From positions 62,001-126,000 of the IMG/VR virus record IMGVR_UViG_3300009545_000018: DNA of 64,000 nt, one strand, 5' to 3'. The stretch's first letter is position 1. Each line of letters begins with the position of its first letter. Positions 10,218 to 20,844 of the stretch are shown here, one piece after another. Under the pieces are notes generated by a model that did no database searches, had not been told where the DNA came from, and worked only from the letters and a program-made list of their open reading frames with translations. The position numbers were made by a program, and so were the translations under genes.

Positions 10218-11873
10218 ATGAATGATTATTACAACTTATTAAATACTTGTGCTAAGCCTGTTCCTGGATTAAAGACAAAAGCTATTGCTTTTTATGATGA
10301 TTATAATTATCCGGTTTATTCAGAAGATACTTTTAAACCAGTAACTCAAAAAGCTAAATCTATTATCAATGGTATTACTTTACTTGAAAAGATAGATTTA
10401 AACAAATATGTTTCTTTAAGAGAGAATGTTGGAACAAAAGTTATTTGTTCCAGACTCTTAGAGCTAATTCAAGATCCAACAGATATTTCTCATCTTCCAG
10501 CTAAGTTCTGGGACGTGCATTTTCCTATCTTTGCTAGACCTTGTCCTTTAAAGCCTCGTCATGGATTCATAGATAGCAGAGTTATTTCGACTAAATCAGA
10601 ATTAGAGAAATTACTTTCGGAAGTTAAATCAGTAGATCCAAAAGGCGAAATCATTTTAATGCCTTTTATTAAAGCTGATTATAATGCTATCTTGTGTAAT
10701 AGCGGATACTTATCAATTGGTCCTGGTCATGACGGAGCTACTGCCGGCAATAATTCAGTTTCTTTTCCGGTAGCTCCAGCTAAAATTACTCAAAAAGTAA
10801 AGTTTAAATCTGGTTTGTCTTCAAAATCAACCGTTTTTATTGAGGCTGTCTTTAAAAAGCGTCGTTCGGCAAAACGTTTTGATTATGAATATAGTGTTAA
10901 TAAATCATTTTTTATTACACAACTACGTGGTGGTCCACCAGTTAGTGCGATGAATGATTTTATTCCAGAAAGAATGGATGTTAAAAAAGTAGTTATTCCA
11001 CATAATAACTTATTAAAATGGGAGGCAGAAACTAAAAAATTCCCTAAAGGTACAGTTGTGTATGGTAAAGGTCATACTTTAGCTAGTCATGCAGCTATTC
11101 ACTGCGCCATTAATAAAATACCGTTTATTACTTCTTTTGAGCCTCATGTTGGTGACAGTATTGCTCCTACCGCAATTAGTAAAGTAAAGTTTAATAAACA
11201 ACAATTTTTACGTGGAGTTACAGCCGCTTTAGTTTCTAAAGTTAGTAAAAGAAAAATGCTGCACTTTGCAGCAGTGATACTCCATAATTGGAACTATCTT
11301 TCTACTTCAGAACATTCATCTTGGTTATTAGGCATAGCATCAGTTTATCTTTCGAAAATTTTATGTGCCTTATCATATGGTGAGTATCGGCATTGCCATG
11401 GAAAAACTTTAAAATTTAAGAAGATTAAATCTTCCCGAACTAGAGGATCTATTTACTCTACCGTTATGGATGAAAAATCTTTTAGTTATTACATTAGAAA
11501 TGCTTATAAAATTAAAAAAGAATTTCAATCCAAAGCCAAATTTCGTCGGGGCTATGGTGGTAAGTTATGGGCAAATGCAGTTAAGCAATCCATTAATATC
11601 TGGAATACCATTGCTCTTATTCAAGATTCTAAAAACCTTACAACATCAAAAATTAAAAGCCTAATTAGTTTAGTTAACAAATCTATTAATTTAGTTCATA
11701 ATAATGGTTGGTTATTTAATAAAATAAGTGACAAATCGACTATGACAAAAATATCTGAACAACCAGGTCTTTCAGCGCTGGAATTAGCAGATGTATTTTA
11801 TGAGCATTTACAAAAAGTAAATTCTACTAAAAAATTAAAACCTTTAACTAAAGTAAATCTTACAGAAAAATAA
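10218..11873 (+). CDS. PEP-utilising (phosphohistidine swivel domain) enzyme-like protein
   Basis: GHTLASHAAIH resembles the GGxTSHAAI phospho-His motif; N-terminal FARPCP..PRHGF region. Confidence 0.6.
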   Translation: MNDYYNLLNTCAKPVPGLKTKAIAFYDDYNYPVYSEDTFKPVTQKAKSIINGITLLEKIDLNKYVSLRENVGTKVICSRLLELIQDPTDISHLPAKFWDVHFPIFARPCPLKPRHGFIDSRVISTKSELEKLLSEVKSVDPKGEIILMPFIKADYNAILCNSGYLSIGPGHDGATAGNNSVSFPVAPAKITQKVKFKSGLSSKSTVFIEAVFKKRRSAKRFDYEYSVNKSFFITQLRGGPPVSAMNDFIPERMDVKKVVIPHNNLLKWEAETKKFPKGTVVYGKGHTLASHAAIHCAINKIPFITSFEPHVGDSIAPTAISKVKFNKQQFLRGVTAALVSKVSKRKMLHFAAVILHNWNYLSTSEHSSWLLGIASVYLSKILCALSYGEYRHCHGKTLKFKKIKSSRTRGSIYSTVMDEKSFSYYIRNAYKIKKEFQSKAKFRRGYGGKLWANAVKQSINIWNTIALIQDSKNLTTSKIKSLISLVNKSINLVHNNGWLFNKISDKSTMTKISEQPGLSALELADVFYEHLQKVNSTKKLKPLTKVNLTEK

Positions 11874-11874
11874 A

Positions 11875-12456
11875 ATGCTTAAATTTATGAAGACCTGCAA
11901 TCATCAACCGAAAAAGATTTTTTCGCATGATGGAGTCAATTATTATTCTTCAGATGAAGATAATGCTATTTCATTTGACGGAGATTTAGTTGTTAATTTA
12001 ACTCAATCGCCAGGGATTAGAACATTATCTGGTGCTTATGATATTCCCGCCTTATCTCCGCATTTGATACAACTACCTCCAGAAATAGTTCTTGGATGGA
12101 TAGATATGTCTCGACCTCCAGTTAAAAGCTCTTTTTGGACAGCTTTACATCTTTATTGTAAAAATAATAAGTATAAAGATGTATTGTTCCATTGTGAGCA
12201 TGGTCATGGTAGAACTGGAACCGCACTTTGTGCAATGCTAACGGCTCTTAAGCACACATCAATTAAAACTGCTATTGAGGAAGTCAGAGAGTCTCATTGT
12301 CAATTTGCAGTTGAAAGTGAAAAACAAATTGAGTATCTTTTATTATTAGATAATGAATTAAATGGTAGGCTTCTTCCAGAAGAGGAAGAAGATCTTGAGA
12401 AATTAGTGGATAGTTTATTGCCACCCAGATTAATTAATCGTTCACTAAAAGGATAG
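11875..12456 (+). CDS. dual-specificity/protein-tyrosine phosphatase
   Basis: HCEHGHGRTG = HCx5R signature. Confidence 0.85.
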   Translation: MLKFMKTCNHQPKKIFSHDGVNYYSSDEDNAISFDGDLVVNLTQSPGIRTLSGAYDIPALSPHLIQLPPEIVLGWIDMSRPPVKSSFWTALHLYCKNNKYKDVLFHCEHGHGRTGTALCAMLTALKHTSIKTAIEEVRESHCQFAVESEKQIEYLLLLDNELNGRLLPEEEEDLEKLVDSLLPPRLINRSLKG

Positions 12457-12459
12457 ATA

Positions 12460-13611
12460 ATGTTAACTTTAAATATTTCAGATACAGATGTTACAACAGG
12501 ATCGGTTCCAATTACTTGGTGTTTAGATAATGAAGACATCAAAAATATTATGGAATCATTTGATAATGATCCTATTGTTCTTATTGTAGTTGCTCCGCAA
12601 CAGAGATATTCGGCAAGAAAAGAAATAAGATATATTGTTCCATTAAAAGATTTAATGACTTATATTTCTTTTAAAAGACCTGGTCCTAATAAAATTTTCG
12701 CGGCAGTTCTTGATATGGATATTAAAACTGCTCGCGATGTATTCCTACGAAAATATGATAGGGAATATTTATCTCATGCCCTTAATTATGAGGGAACAAA
12801 GATACAACATTCTAAATTTAATGAAACATCACTAGATGTAAATGTGCCAGAGGAAGCCTTTGCTCCAGAACCACCACAATGGGAAAAAGATTGGGTCCTT
12901 TGGTTGGTTAGTGATAAAGGTTTAGATCAATGTGATTTTCGTAAAAGAAAGATTTTTGCATACACATTACAGCCAATCATCTTTGCTTTAAATTATTTAT
13001 TTAGAGCATTGTTGATCTTTATTTCTGCCTCGCTTTTGCTTGAAAGCTGTAGTCTTAAATTATTAACTAAACCATTACAAAATAATCTTTGTGATTCTTT
13101 TGATTTATTTTATGAACGCTGTTTAGCATTTGGTGAAACTAGGGAGTCTGGTTGGAAATTAACAAATCAACACTCTTGTACTTTTAAAAATTATACGTTG
13201 ACTTGTTGGTATAGTTTTACTAAATTTGGTGGATTACTATTTTTACCAGTATTATGGTTATGTGTTTTTGCACTTTATCATTTCTTTGGGGCGCATGTAA
13301 TTATTAGTCTTGGCATTTTTTGTGCCATTAATATATTTTTATTGATTTTAGTGGGAGCATTAGGTACCTTGGTAGGAAAAATTGCTTGGACATTTATTAA
13401 GCGTGATGTTAAAGAAAAGACCAAGAACACTGACAATGTTAGTAAAAACAAAACCTTTTTTAATAAAAAAGAAATTGAATATATTGCTTGTAATCCAGTT
13501 AACATGCAACCATCTTATGTGAAAGTAGAAGCCTTGCCTATTCAAAAGCGCTCAATTAAATTGCGCTATCAACAACTTAAGTCCAAAATTTGTCGTCCAT
13601 TTCCAGGATAA
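12460..13611 (+). CDS. hypothetical membrane protein
   Basis: 383 aa, 3 hydrophobic segments. Confidence 0.55.
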   Translation: MLTLNISDTDVTTGSVPITWCLDNEDIKNIMESFDNDPIVLIVVAPQQRYSARKEIRYIVPLKDLMTYISFKRPGPNKIFAAVLDMDIKTARDVFLRKYDREYLSHALNYEGTKIQHSKFNETSLDVNVPEEAFAPEPPQWEKDWVLWLVSDKGLDQCDFRKRKIFAYTLQPIIFALNYLFRALLIFISASLLLESCSLKLLTKPLQNNLCDSFDLFYERCLAFGETRESGWKLTNQHSCTFKNYTLTCWYSFTKFGGLLFLPVLWLCVFALYHFFGAHVIISLGIFCAINIFLLILVGALGTLVGKIAWTFIKRDVKEKTKNTDNVSKNKTFFNKKEIEYIACNPVNMQPSYVKVEALPIQKRSIKLRYQQLKSKICRPFPG

Positions 13612-13615
13612 TCTT

Positions 13616-13996
13616 ATGTTTGCTTTAGGACATATTCATTTTAAAAAATATACTTTGTATGTAACTTTGCCTGTAATCTCTGAAGTAAAAGAATATCAGC
13701 AAGGGGCTGATAATCAATCATATTATGAAGTGCTCTTATCAAAGAAGGAGTTACTTCAAGAAGGATCGACCATTCCAGTTACACAACTGTATAATTTTTA
13801 TGTTGATATTATGTCGGAACCTCTTTTAAGAAGTGTTATGGAGGTTGATGAAAAACTTCATCCAATAAAGGATTTTACTGATATGGTTCAATATCAAGCT
13901 TATTTGGATCGTAAAAGTAGTTCTCAACCTTTATACAAACTATCTCATAAGAATGTAACTATGTTAATAGGTATGCTAGAGGTATTAGACAAATAA
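13616..13996 (+). CDS. hypothetical protein
   Basis: ORF track. Confidence 0.5.
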   Translation: MFALGHIHFKKYTLYVTLPVISEVKEYQQGADNQSYYEVLLSKKELLQEGSTIPVTQLYNFYVDIMSEPLLRSVMEVDEKLHPIKDFTDMVQYQAYLDRKSSSQPLYKLSHKNVTMLIGMLEVLDK

Positions 13997-14112
13997 AATT
14001 ATAAATTATTTTAGGCGCCTCCCATCGTCTAACGGCAGTAATATTATAATATAGACTTTAAGATAAGCTTTATTAATCCCCTCCTTTTTCTAATAGAGCT
14101 TATCTTAATTAT

Positions 14113-14198
14113 GCTATTGTGGTGTAATGGCAGCCACGTATCGCTTAGAACGATATGTCCGTAAGGACGTAGGGGTTCAAGTCCCTTCAGTAGCACCA
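14113..14198 (+). tRNA. tRNA-Leu(TAG)
   Basis: type II cloverleaf, stem TATCG/CGATA, loop CT-TAG-AA, ACCA. Confidence 0.92.
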
Positions 14199-14205
14199 AT
14201 TTCAA

Positions 14206-14679
14206 ATGAAGTATTCAAAAGAATTACTATCTAAACTAGTTTCTGAATGTACTACTGTTGCAGAGCTAATGAGAAAGTTAGGACTCCAACAATCTGGAGG
14301 AACACATTCATTTTTAACTAAAAGAATAAAATCATTTAGTATTGACACATCTCATTTTGTTGGTTCTGCTTTTAATGCGGGACTAAATCATGTAGGCGGT
14401 CCAGAGAAACTATGTTCAACAGATGTTTTAGTCCTAGATAGGCTTAACGGTCAAAGAGAGAAATCTTTTAGATTAAAGAGAGCATTATTAGAATCTAACA
14501 TAAAAGAAGAGTGTGAACAATGTGGTGTGAGTACTATTTGGAATAATAAACCAATTACACTTCATATTGATCATAGAGATGGTAATGGTCTAAATAATTG
14601 TATAGAAAATTTAAGGTTCCTTTGTCCTAATTGTCATTCTCAAACGGACAATTATGGATCTAAAAATATTGGAAAATAA
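14206..14679 (+). CDS. HNH homing endonuclease
   Basis: CEQC...LHIDHRDG...N..ENLRFLCPNCH. Confidence 0.9.
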   Translation: MKYSKELLSKLVSECTTVAELMRKLGLQQSGGTHSFLTKRIKSFSIDTSHFVGSAFNAGLNHVGGPEKLCSTDVLVLDRLNGQREKSFRLKRALLESNIKEECEQCGVSTIWNNKPITLHIDHRDGNGLNNCIENLRFLCPNCHSQTDNYGSKNIGK

Positions 14680-16298
14680 TGTCAGAAGAATCCCTTATAG
14701 AAACCCGTCGCCAGAAGCATATTAAAGCTAATGGTGGAACTTACCCCATTGCTAATGATAGTAATTCAATTGATGATATCATTGGGCATAATTTAATTAT
14801 GCGGTTTAAACAACCAGAATCTGACATTAAAACAACTATCTGCTTCTCTGATTTAGAAGGAGAAGAACTCGTTAAGGTTCATGGCAGACTAACCAGTATC
14901 AGAAATACTGGCGGCATTACTTTTCTTAAAATTAAAGATAATACTGGTGCAATACAAATAATTGTTTCAAAAAAAGAATTATCTAATTATAAAGATTTAG
15001 CTAATTTAGATTTAGGCGACATTGTTGAAGTCGAAGGTAAAGTGGTTTTTTCTAAGACCAAAGAATTATCGGTTCTTATGTCTAGCTGGATCTTATTGTC
15101 TAAAGCTATTAGACCTTTACCAGAAAAATATCATGGCATTACAGATGTAGAATTAAAATATCGCAAGAGATATCTAGATTTAATTTGTTCGGATGAGTCA
15201 AGAGAGATCTTTAAATTAAGGTCACTTGTTATTTCTTCCATAAGAAATTTTTTAATTCAGGACGGTTTTATGGAAGTAGAGACTCCAACATTAAATATAG
15301 TTAATAGTGGGGCTAATGCCAAACCATTCCAGACACACCACAATTCTTTAGATATGGATCTTAATTTGAGAATTGCTCCGGAGCTTAATCTCAAGCGATT
15401 AATTGTGGGAGGATTTGATAAAGTATTTGAAATTGGTAAGAATTTTCGTAATGAAGGGCTGTCTACTAGACATAATCCAGAATTTACTATGCTTGAATTT
15501 TATGAGGCTTATAGTAATTTTGGTAATTTAATAGATAAAACAATGCGGCTTTTCAATTATATTGAGGGTGATTTAGAAACTTACTATCAAAGTAAACCAG
15601 AAGAAAAAGTATTATTTGATAAATGGAAAACTGCTCGCCCCTTTTCTTTTTCCTTTTGGAAAGAATTACCTATGTGGGATTTAGTACTTCATGCTTGTAA
15701 TAAAGCAGAAATATTAATTCATCACGGAATTCATCCTCTAGTAAAAGACAGCCCAACAGATGGTGCTCCTTTATTAGAAAGAATTAATTTAAATAATGAA
15801 AGATTATTAAAAATTGATTGGAAAGATTTGTTAGACAAATTAAATCTGGAAAAAGATAATGGTCAAATAATAGGATTATTATTTGAATATCTTGCTGAAC
15901 CATTTCTTACTGAAGATTATAGAACTGCTGATGGTACACATTCTTTGCCAGTCATTGTAACGCAATTCCCCACAGAGCTTTGTCCTTTAGCCAGAGCTTA
16001 TGATAAAGCCCCAACATTATGTGAGCGTTTTGAGCTTTACATAGATGGCAAAGAAATTGCTAATGCCTTTCAAGAACTTAATGATCCAGTAGAACAAAGA
16101 AAAAGGTTTGATGAACAGCTAGTAAGCAATCAAAGAGATGCTATGGATATCGACAATGATTACATTGAAGCTTTAGAATATGGCATGCCTCCAACTGTTG
16201 GTTTGGGTCTAGGAATAGATCGTTTGGTAATGTTATTAACTAATTCATCATCCATTAAAGATGTAATTTTATTTCCTACAATGAAGCCATTAAAGTAA
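14679..16298 (+). CDS. lysS: class II lysyl-tRNA synthetase
   Basis: OB fold, YRKRYLDLI, LRIAPEL.LKRL, FRNEGLSTRHNPEFT, GMPPTVGLGLGIDRL. Confidence 0.95.
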   Translation: MSEESLIETRRQKHIKANGGTYPIANDSNSIDDIIGHNLIMRFKQPESDIKTTICFSDLEGEELVKVHGRLTSIRNTGGITFLKIKDNTGAIQIIVSKKELSNYKDLANLDLGDIVEVEGKVVFSKTKELSVLMSSWILLSKAIRPLPEKYHGITDVELKYRKRYLDLICSDESREIFKLRSLVISSIRNFLIQDGFMEVETPTLNIVNSGANAKPFQTHHNSLDMDLNLRIAPELNLKRLIVGGFDKVFEIGKNFRNEGLSTRHNPEFTMLEFYEAYSNFGNLIDKTMRLFNYIEGDLETYYQSKPEEKVLFDKWKTARPFSFSFWKELPMWDLVLHACNKAEILIHHGIHPLVKDSPTDGAPLLERINLNNERLLKIDWKDLLDKLNLEKDNGQIIGLLFEYLAEPFLTEDYRTADGTHSLPVIVTQFPTELCPLARAYDKAPTLCERFELYIDGKEIANAFQELNDPVEQRKRFDEQLVSNQRDAMDIDNDYIEALEYGMPPTVGLGLGIDRLVMLLTNSSSIKDVILFPTMKPLK

Positions 16299-16305
16299 AA
16301 TAATT

Positions 16306-17364
16306 ATGACTGAAATTTTATTAGCAAAACCAAAATTATCTTCTGATTTTATTGATTCTTCCGTTGGCGAGCCTTACATTATTCGCAAGCATCTCTTTGA
16401 TATGTTTACATGGGACGAGGATGTTGGAGCTGTTGATCTATCATATCCTTTTCCTCAAGGATATGAGCCGTTAGTTAAGATGTTGGAAGATAAACATCAA
16501 GCTCCAGTTATTATAACAAATGGCGCAAAACAAGCCTTGGGTGGGGCTTTTTACTCTCTACAAAAAATGGGTAAAATTAGAATGGGAATGAGAAAGCCAT
16601 ATTGGGCACTCATTCCTCCACTAGCAGAAATGCATGGAATTGTTCCGACTTTTCCAAAACAAGATGTGGATTGTCACCCAAATTTAACAATAGCTAAATT
16701 TAAGGATGACTTTAATCCAAAAGATTTAGATAGTTATTTATGTATAAATCCTAACAATCCTGATGGTTGGGTATCAAATGATATAGAAAATTTGTATTTA
16801 TTATTTGAGAGTCACAAGATTCCATTCATATTTGATGGCGCTTATTATCATGATATGTATATGCAAGGCACATATCCTAAACATAAGCAACTTGGTGACG
16901 TTCAAATTTATACTTTTTCTAAGTCTTTAGGTTTATCTGGACTTAGATTAGGGTACGCTGTTTGTCATAATACAGAGTTTTATAAACACATGTCTGCTTA
17001 TATGGAAGCTATGACAGTTGGAGTATCAACTATATCTCAAAGATATCTTTATAATTTACTTCAATCTATGAATCAGGATCCGGAACTAGTTCGTTCTTTT
17101 GAAGAAAGATGTTTTCTTTCTTTGTTAGAAAACAAAAAAGAATGTTTAAATATTAATCCGGAAGTTTTGGAATTGCCAAGTAATTTTACAGATATTCCAG
17201 GAATGTTTGGATGGTGTAAAGTAGGACCTAAAGCTGATTTTAATAAAGCTAAAATTCATTTTGTTGGTGGTAAGTTATTTGGTGCTGAGGATATGATACG
17301 AATAAATTTAGCTTTTGAAAATCATGTAATCAAAGATATTGTAAATAGATTGAATTCATTATGA
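16306..17364 (+). CDS. PLP-dependent class I/II aminotransferase
   Basis: NPNNPDG, DGAY, TFSKSLGLSGLRLGY. Confidence 0.85.
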   Translation: MTEILLAKPKLSSDFIDSSVGEPYIIRKHLFDMFTWDEDVGAVDLSYPFPQGYEPLVKMLEDKHQAPVIITNGAKQALGGAFYSLQKMGKIRMGMRKPYWALIPPLAEMHGIVPTFPKQDVDCHPNLTIAKFKDDFNPKDLDSYLCINPNNPDGWVSNDIENLYLLFESHKIPFIFDGAYYHDMYMQGTYPKHKQLGDVQIYTFSKSLGLSGLRLGYAVCHNTEFYKHMSAYMEAMTVGVSTISQRYLYNLLQSMNQDPELVRSFEERCFLSLLENKKECLNINPEVLELPSNFTDIPGMFGWCKVGPKADFNKAKIHFVGGKLFGAEDMIRINLAFENHVIKDIVNRLNSL

Positions 17365-17699
17365 AATCATTTGTAGCTGTTATTACTTGTCTAACTTCAG
17401 AATATCATAAAGCTATTTCTCCATCTTTAATTACTTTAGGCTATGAAGTATCAGCCGGGGCAGCGTCTGGTAAAATATCTGTTGATAAATCGGCAATTTC
17501 AACTATAGGTTATTTATTAAAAATTGAAAGTAAAAATGCTAACCAGGTTCGTGATGATATTAAACAGATATGTGATAGTAATAAAGTGTACTATTATTCT
17601 TGTGTGGTATTTCAATTATCAGAATCTGCATGGTGTCTCGGAAACATAGAATGTGAAACAGATCCAACGAGAGTGTTACAATTAAAAGCATTATGGTAA
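17361..17699 (+). CDS. hypothetical protein with KAF-like tag
   Basis: ends QLKALW. Confidence 0.6.
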   Translation: MKSFVAVITCLTSEYHKAISPSLITLGYEVSAGAASGKISVDKSAISTIGYLLKIESKNANQVRDDIKQICDSNKVYYYSCVVFQLSESAWCLGNIECETDPTRVLQLKALW

Positions 17700-17700
17700 G

Positions 17701-17904
17701 ATGACTAAAATTCCTTATGATTTAATTGCTATTGAAGCAGATAAATTAATTACGGAAATGGTGGTGTCTCCTATGTATGAACATAATGTTTTTTATATAA
17801 AATATTTATTTTATCTTAATGCTTGCGGGTGGACTGATAAAGAATTTGATCGTGAAACTCTTCGAAGAATAGATTGTTCTTGGGAGGAAAGGTTTTTAAA
17901 TTAA
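17701..17904 (+). CDS. hypothetical protein
   Basis: 67 aa ORF. Confidence 0.5.
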   Translation: MTKIPYDLIAIEADKLITEMVVSPMYEHNVFYIKYLFYLNACGWTDKEFDRETLRRIDCSWEERFLN

Positions 17905-18278
17905 TGATTATTGTTATAATACTGTTGATGCTTTTTTGCCTAGCGGGTTTTCAAATATATCAAAGTAAACCTAAGCCAACTAAACCATTAGTTAAATTTA
18001 AAGTTGATGATATAAGTGTCACTTTATTTTTTGAAAAGGGACAAGAATTACATAAAAAATTTGAAGGTAGAGTATATAAAACATGTTATCCAACAGCGCA
18101 CCGTGTGTTTTATTATTACGAAACTGTTAAAGCAGAAGATACTATGTTGCGCTGGTTACAGAAAAATAAAGAAAGCGGATTTGTTGCCATTGATGATTCT
18201 ACTCTATTACCAGTAGAACAAATTACTAATATTAATATAGATAAATCTTCCAGAGAAATTGAGTTAGAAGCATTATGA
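17904..18278 (+). CDS. membrane-anchored hypothetical protein
   Basis: N-terminal TM helix from ATG 17904. Confidence 0.55.
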   Translation: MIIVIILLMLFCLAGFQIYQSKPKPTKPLVKFKVDDISVTLFFEKGQELHKKFEGRVYKTCYPTAHRVFYYYETVKAEDTMLRWLQKNKESGFVAIDDSTLLPVEQITNINIDKSSREIELEAL

Positions 18279-18339
18279 AAATTTTGTTTATTATTATAAT
18301 TCTTTCTGCATTTTATTTTATATTGATGAAATCAGGAAA

Positions 18340-18963
18340 ATGGAATCAATGAAACAAAAAATCAGAACCATTCCTAATCTAGCTGATACTTCTCCTGCAC
18401 ATCTTTCTGCTATAGAAAAAGGATTAGAACATTTTGGATCTTGGCAGTATAATGTAGAAGATAGATTTAAATCTTTGGCTCAAGAAGAAATTAAAGCAGA
18501 ATTAAGGCGCACAGCTTTTCCATATGCTGTATTATTTGAACACCTCATTGGAGATTTTAATTTAGGAACTGGTATTAGAAATGCTAATGCCTTTAATGCC
18601 AGAGAAGTATTTTATCTCGGAAATAAAAAATGGGATAAGCGAGGAGCTACTGGAGTATATAATTATACTGATATCACCTTTCTATCTACCATAGATGAAG
18701 TAATAGAGTTGCAATCTAAATATACTTTTATTGGAGTAGATAATGTTCCTGGAAGTATTCCGCTAAATGAAATAGAGTATCAACCAAACACTCTTTTTGT
18801 TTTTGGAGAAGAGGGGGTAGGTTTAACTCCTGCGATGCAATCTTTTTGTAAAAACATTGTTTACATTAAACAATACGGATCAGTAAGATCTTTGAATGTT
18901 GGAACTGCTAGTGGTATTATAATGCATGATTTTGTCACCAGATTCAAACCACACAATTTATAA
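18340..18963 (+). CDS. SpoU/TrmH family RNA 2'-O-methyltransferase
   Basis: NLGTGIRNA, FGEEGVGL, RSLNVGTASGI SPOUT motifs. Confidence 0.9.
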   Translation: MESMKQKIRTIPNLADTSPAHLSAIEKGLEHFGSWQYNVEDRFKSLAQEEIKAELRRTAFPYAVLFEHLIGDFNLGTGIRNANAFNAREVFYLGNKKWDKRGATGVYNYTDITFLSTIDEVIELQSKYTFIGVDNVPGSIPLNEIEYQPNTLFVFGEEGVGLTPAMQSFCKNIVYIKQYGSVRSLNVGTASGIIMHDFVTRFKPHNL

Positions 18964-19016
18964 TTTTAAAAATAGGCAGCCCTTGACAATTTATTTATAG
19001 AAATAATGTTATAGGT

Positions 19017-19310
19017 GGCAATTATGCCTAGTCTTTGCAATGCAGAATAACTGTCTGCTAGTGAGGTTTAAGCTCATGAAAACGGGAGTAGTTACCCGAA
19101 GAAGTAGCCGGCTCGGCTGTTCCAAAAGAACAATAGTTTGCTAACAAGGATAGCGATACAATTATCATAATAAGTCTTATGAAAGTCAAAACGAACTTTT
19201 GATATAAGTAAGAACTAAAAGGTATGTAGAAGCGGAACACTTAGATACATAGGAATAAGGTGTAACAGCTTTATTCCGCTGAAACAAGTTAAACCGTATC
19301 CGTAATTTTT
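19017..19310 (+). ncRNA. putative structured ncRNA, class unknown
   Basis: intergenic, follows TTGACA promoter, chain of hairpins (CGGG/CCCG, TGTTC/GAACA, CATAA/TTATG, TATGTA/TACATA, GGAATAA/TTATTCC); ends approximate. Confidence 0.45.
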
Positions 19311-19497
19311 AATATGTCCAAATTAATATATACAACAATACTTTCATTTATTACGCTATACTTACTCAATGCATTATGGCTCTTTGTGGTATACAAATGT
19401 AATATATTTCATTTAGATTTTGTATGGGGACCATTTGGTGCTCTAATTTTATTCCAATCTGTTATGATTGGAATTGGTCGTAGCATATAGGTTTAAT

Positions 19498-19917
19498 ATG
19501 AGACACGCTGCTGTTATGTTAATTATAAACAGAGAAGGTAAAATTTTAGCCGTTTCTCGCCGTTATGACTCATCTAAGTTCGGACTTCCAGGCGGCAAAC
19601 TTGAGGAAGGCGAATCTACCTCTGATGCTGCCCGAAGAGAAACCCTAGAGGAAACAGGAGTAAAAGTTACCGCCTGTGACTTAATTTATACTAGAGTTGA
19701 AAAGAAACATAATGATAGTGGGGAAGATTTCAATACACATTGTTTTTATGCTACTGAATTTGATGATTCAGGATTAGTAAAATCTTCAGAAGAAGGAACG
19801 GTAAAGTGGATGAGTTCTTCAGAATTAACTTCTATGGAACACGGGGCTTTTCCGGATTATAATTCTAAAACAATAGAATCGTTTAAATTAAAATACCCAG
19901 AGATTAAAATATCATAA
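19498..19917 (+). CDS. NUDIX hydrolase
   Basis: GGKLEEGESTSDAARRETLEETG Nudix box. Confidence 0.92.
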   Translation: MRHAAVMLIINREGKILAVSRRYDSSKFGLPGGKLEEGESTSDAARRETLEETGVKVTACDLIYTRVEKKHNDSGEDFNTHCFYATEFDDSGLVKSSEEGTVKWMSSSELTSMEHGAFPDYNSKTIESFKLKYPEIKIS

Positions 19918-19937
19918 TAAAGTTAGGAATAATTAAA

Positions 19938-20561
19938 ATGAAATTAAATAGTATTGTTTGTGCGTTTATGATTGCTACTTGCGCTATTACATCAACTGGT
20001 TGTGGTCTTTTAGATCAAGGTGTGCAAAAATATGACACTTTAGTAGATAAAGATGAAAAGTGTAACCAGGCTTGGTCAGACTATGAGGCACAATTACAAA
20101 GACGTTCTGATATGATTCCAAATTTAGTAGCTGTTGTAAAAGGTTCTGCTGCACATGAGCATAGTACTCTTAAAGATGTAATTGATGCTAGGGCTAGTGC
20201 CACTCAAGTTAAATTAAATGCTGATGATTTAACCGATCCAGCTAAGGTTGAAGCATTTAAAAATGCTCAAGCAGGTTTGACGGGCGCGTTAAGTAAGCTT
20301 ATGAGCATTCAAGAACAGTATCCAACACTTCAAGCTAATGCTCAATTCCATGATTTAATGATCCAAATGGAAGGAACAGAAAATCGCATTTTGACAGCAC
20401 GTCGAGATTATAATACATCAGTACAAAGTTTTAACTTAGAGTTACGACGTGTTAGTGGAAAAGTGGTTAATCCATTGACTGGCAGGGAATTTAAACCACG
20501 AGTTTATTTTTCTGCTGATGCTGATGCTAAGACCGCTCCCAAAGTTTCTTTTGATAAATAA
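19938..20561 (+). CDS. lemA: LemA family protein
   Basis: LQRRSDMIPNLV, YPTLQAN, ENRI..ARRDYN. Confidence 0.9.
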   Translation: MKLNSIVCAFMIATCAITSTGCGLLDQGVQKYDTLVDKDEKCNQAWSDYEAQLQRRSDMIPNLVAVVKGSAAHEHSTLKDVIDARASATQVKLNADDLTDPAKVEAFKNAQAGLTGALSKLMSIQEQYPTLQANAQFHDLMIQMEGTENRILTARRDYNTSVQSFNLELRRVSGKVVNPLTGREFKPRVYFSADADAKTAPKVSFDK

Positions 20562-20636
20562 TATCTAAAAATGATATACGTAATAATGTATTTTCTATTT
20601 ATGATATTTTGTTGTTGGCGAATGGAGTCCAGATAA

Positions 20637-20831
20637 ATGACATTTTTATTATTTGTACTAGCGGTAGTGGTATTGATATTAGCAATACGTTATGGTTTTG
20701 TTGGTATCCTATTAGATATATTCTTTGCCATTGTTACTGGCGGAAGCTCTTCTGGTAGTTCTGGTAAGAGTGGAGGAAGTGGATTTGGTGGAGGAGATTC
20801 TGGGGGATCTGGTGCCTCTAGTGATTTTTAA
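20637..20831 (+). CDS. short TM protein with TPM-type Gly-rich tail
   Basis: TM helix plus GFGGGDSGGSGASSDF. Confidence 0.65.
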   Translation: MTFLLFVLAVVVLILAIRYGFVGILLDIFFAIVTGGSSSGSSGKSGGSGFGGGDSGGSGASSDF

Positions 20832-20844
20832 TTGGAGATTTAAG

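Noticed and set aside
14014-14060. tRNA 5'-half-like sequence GCCTCCCATCGTCTAACGGCAG
   Set aside because: No matching T arm or acceptor 3' strand found; at most a remnant.
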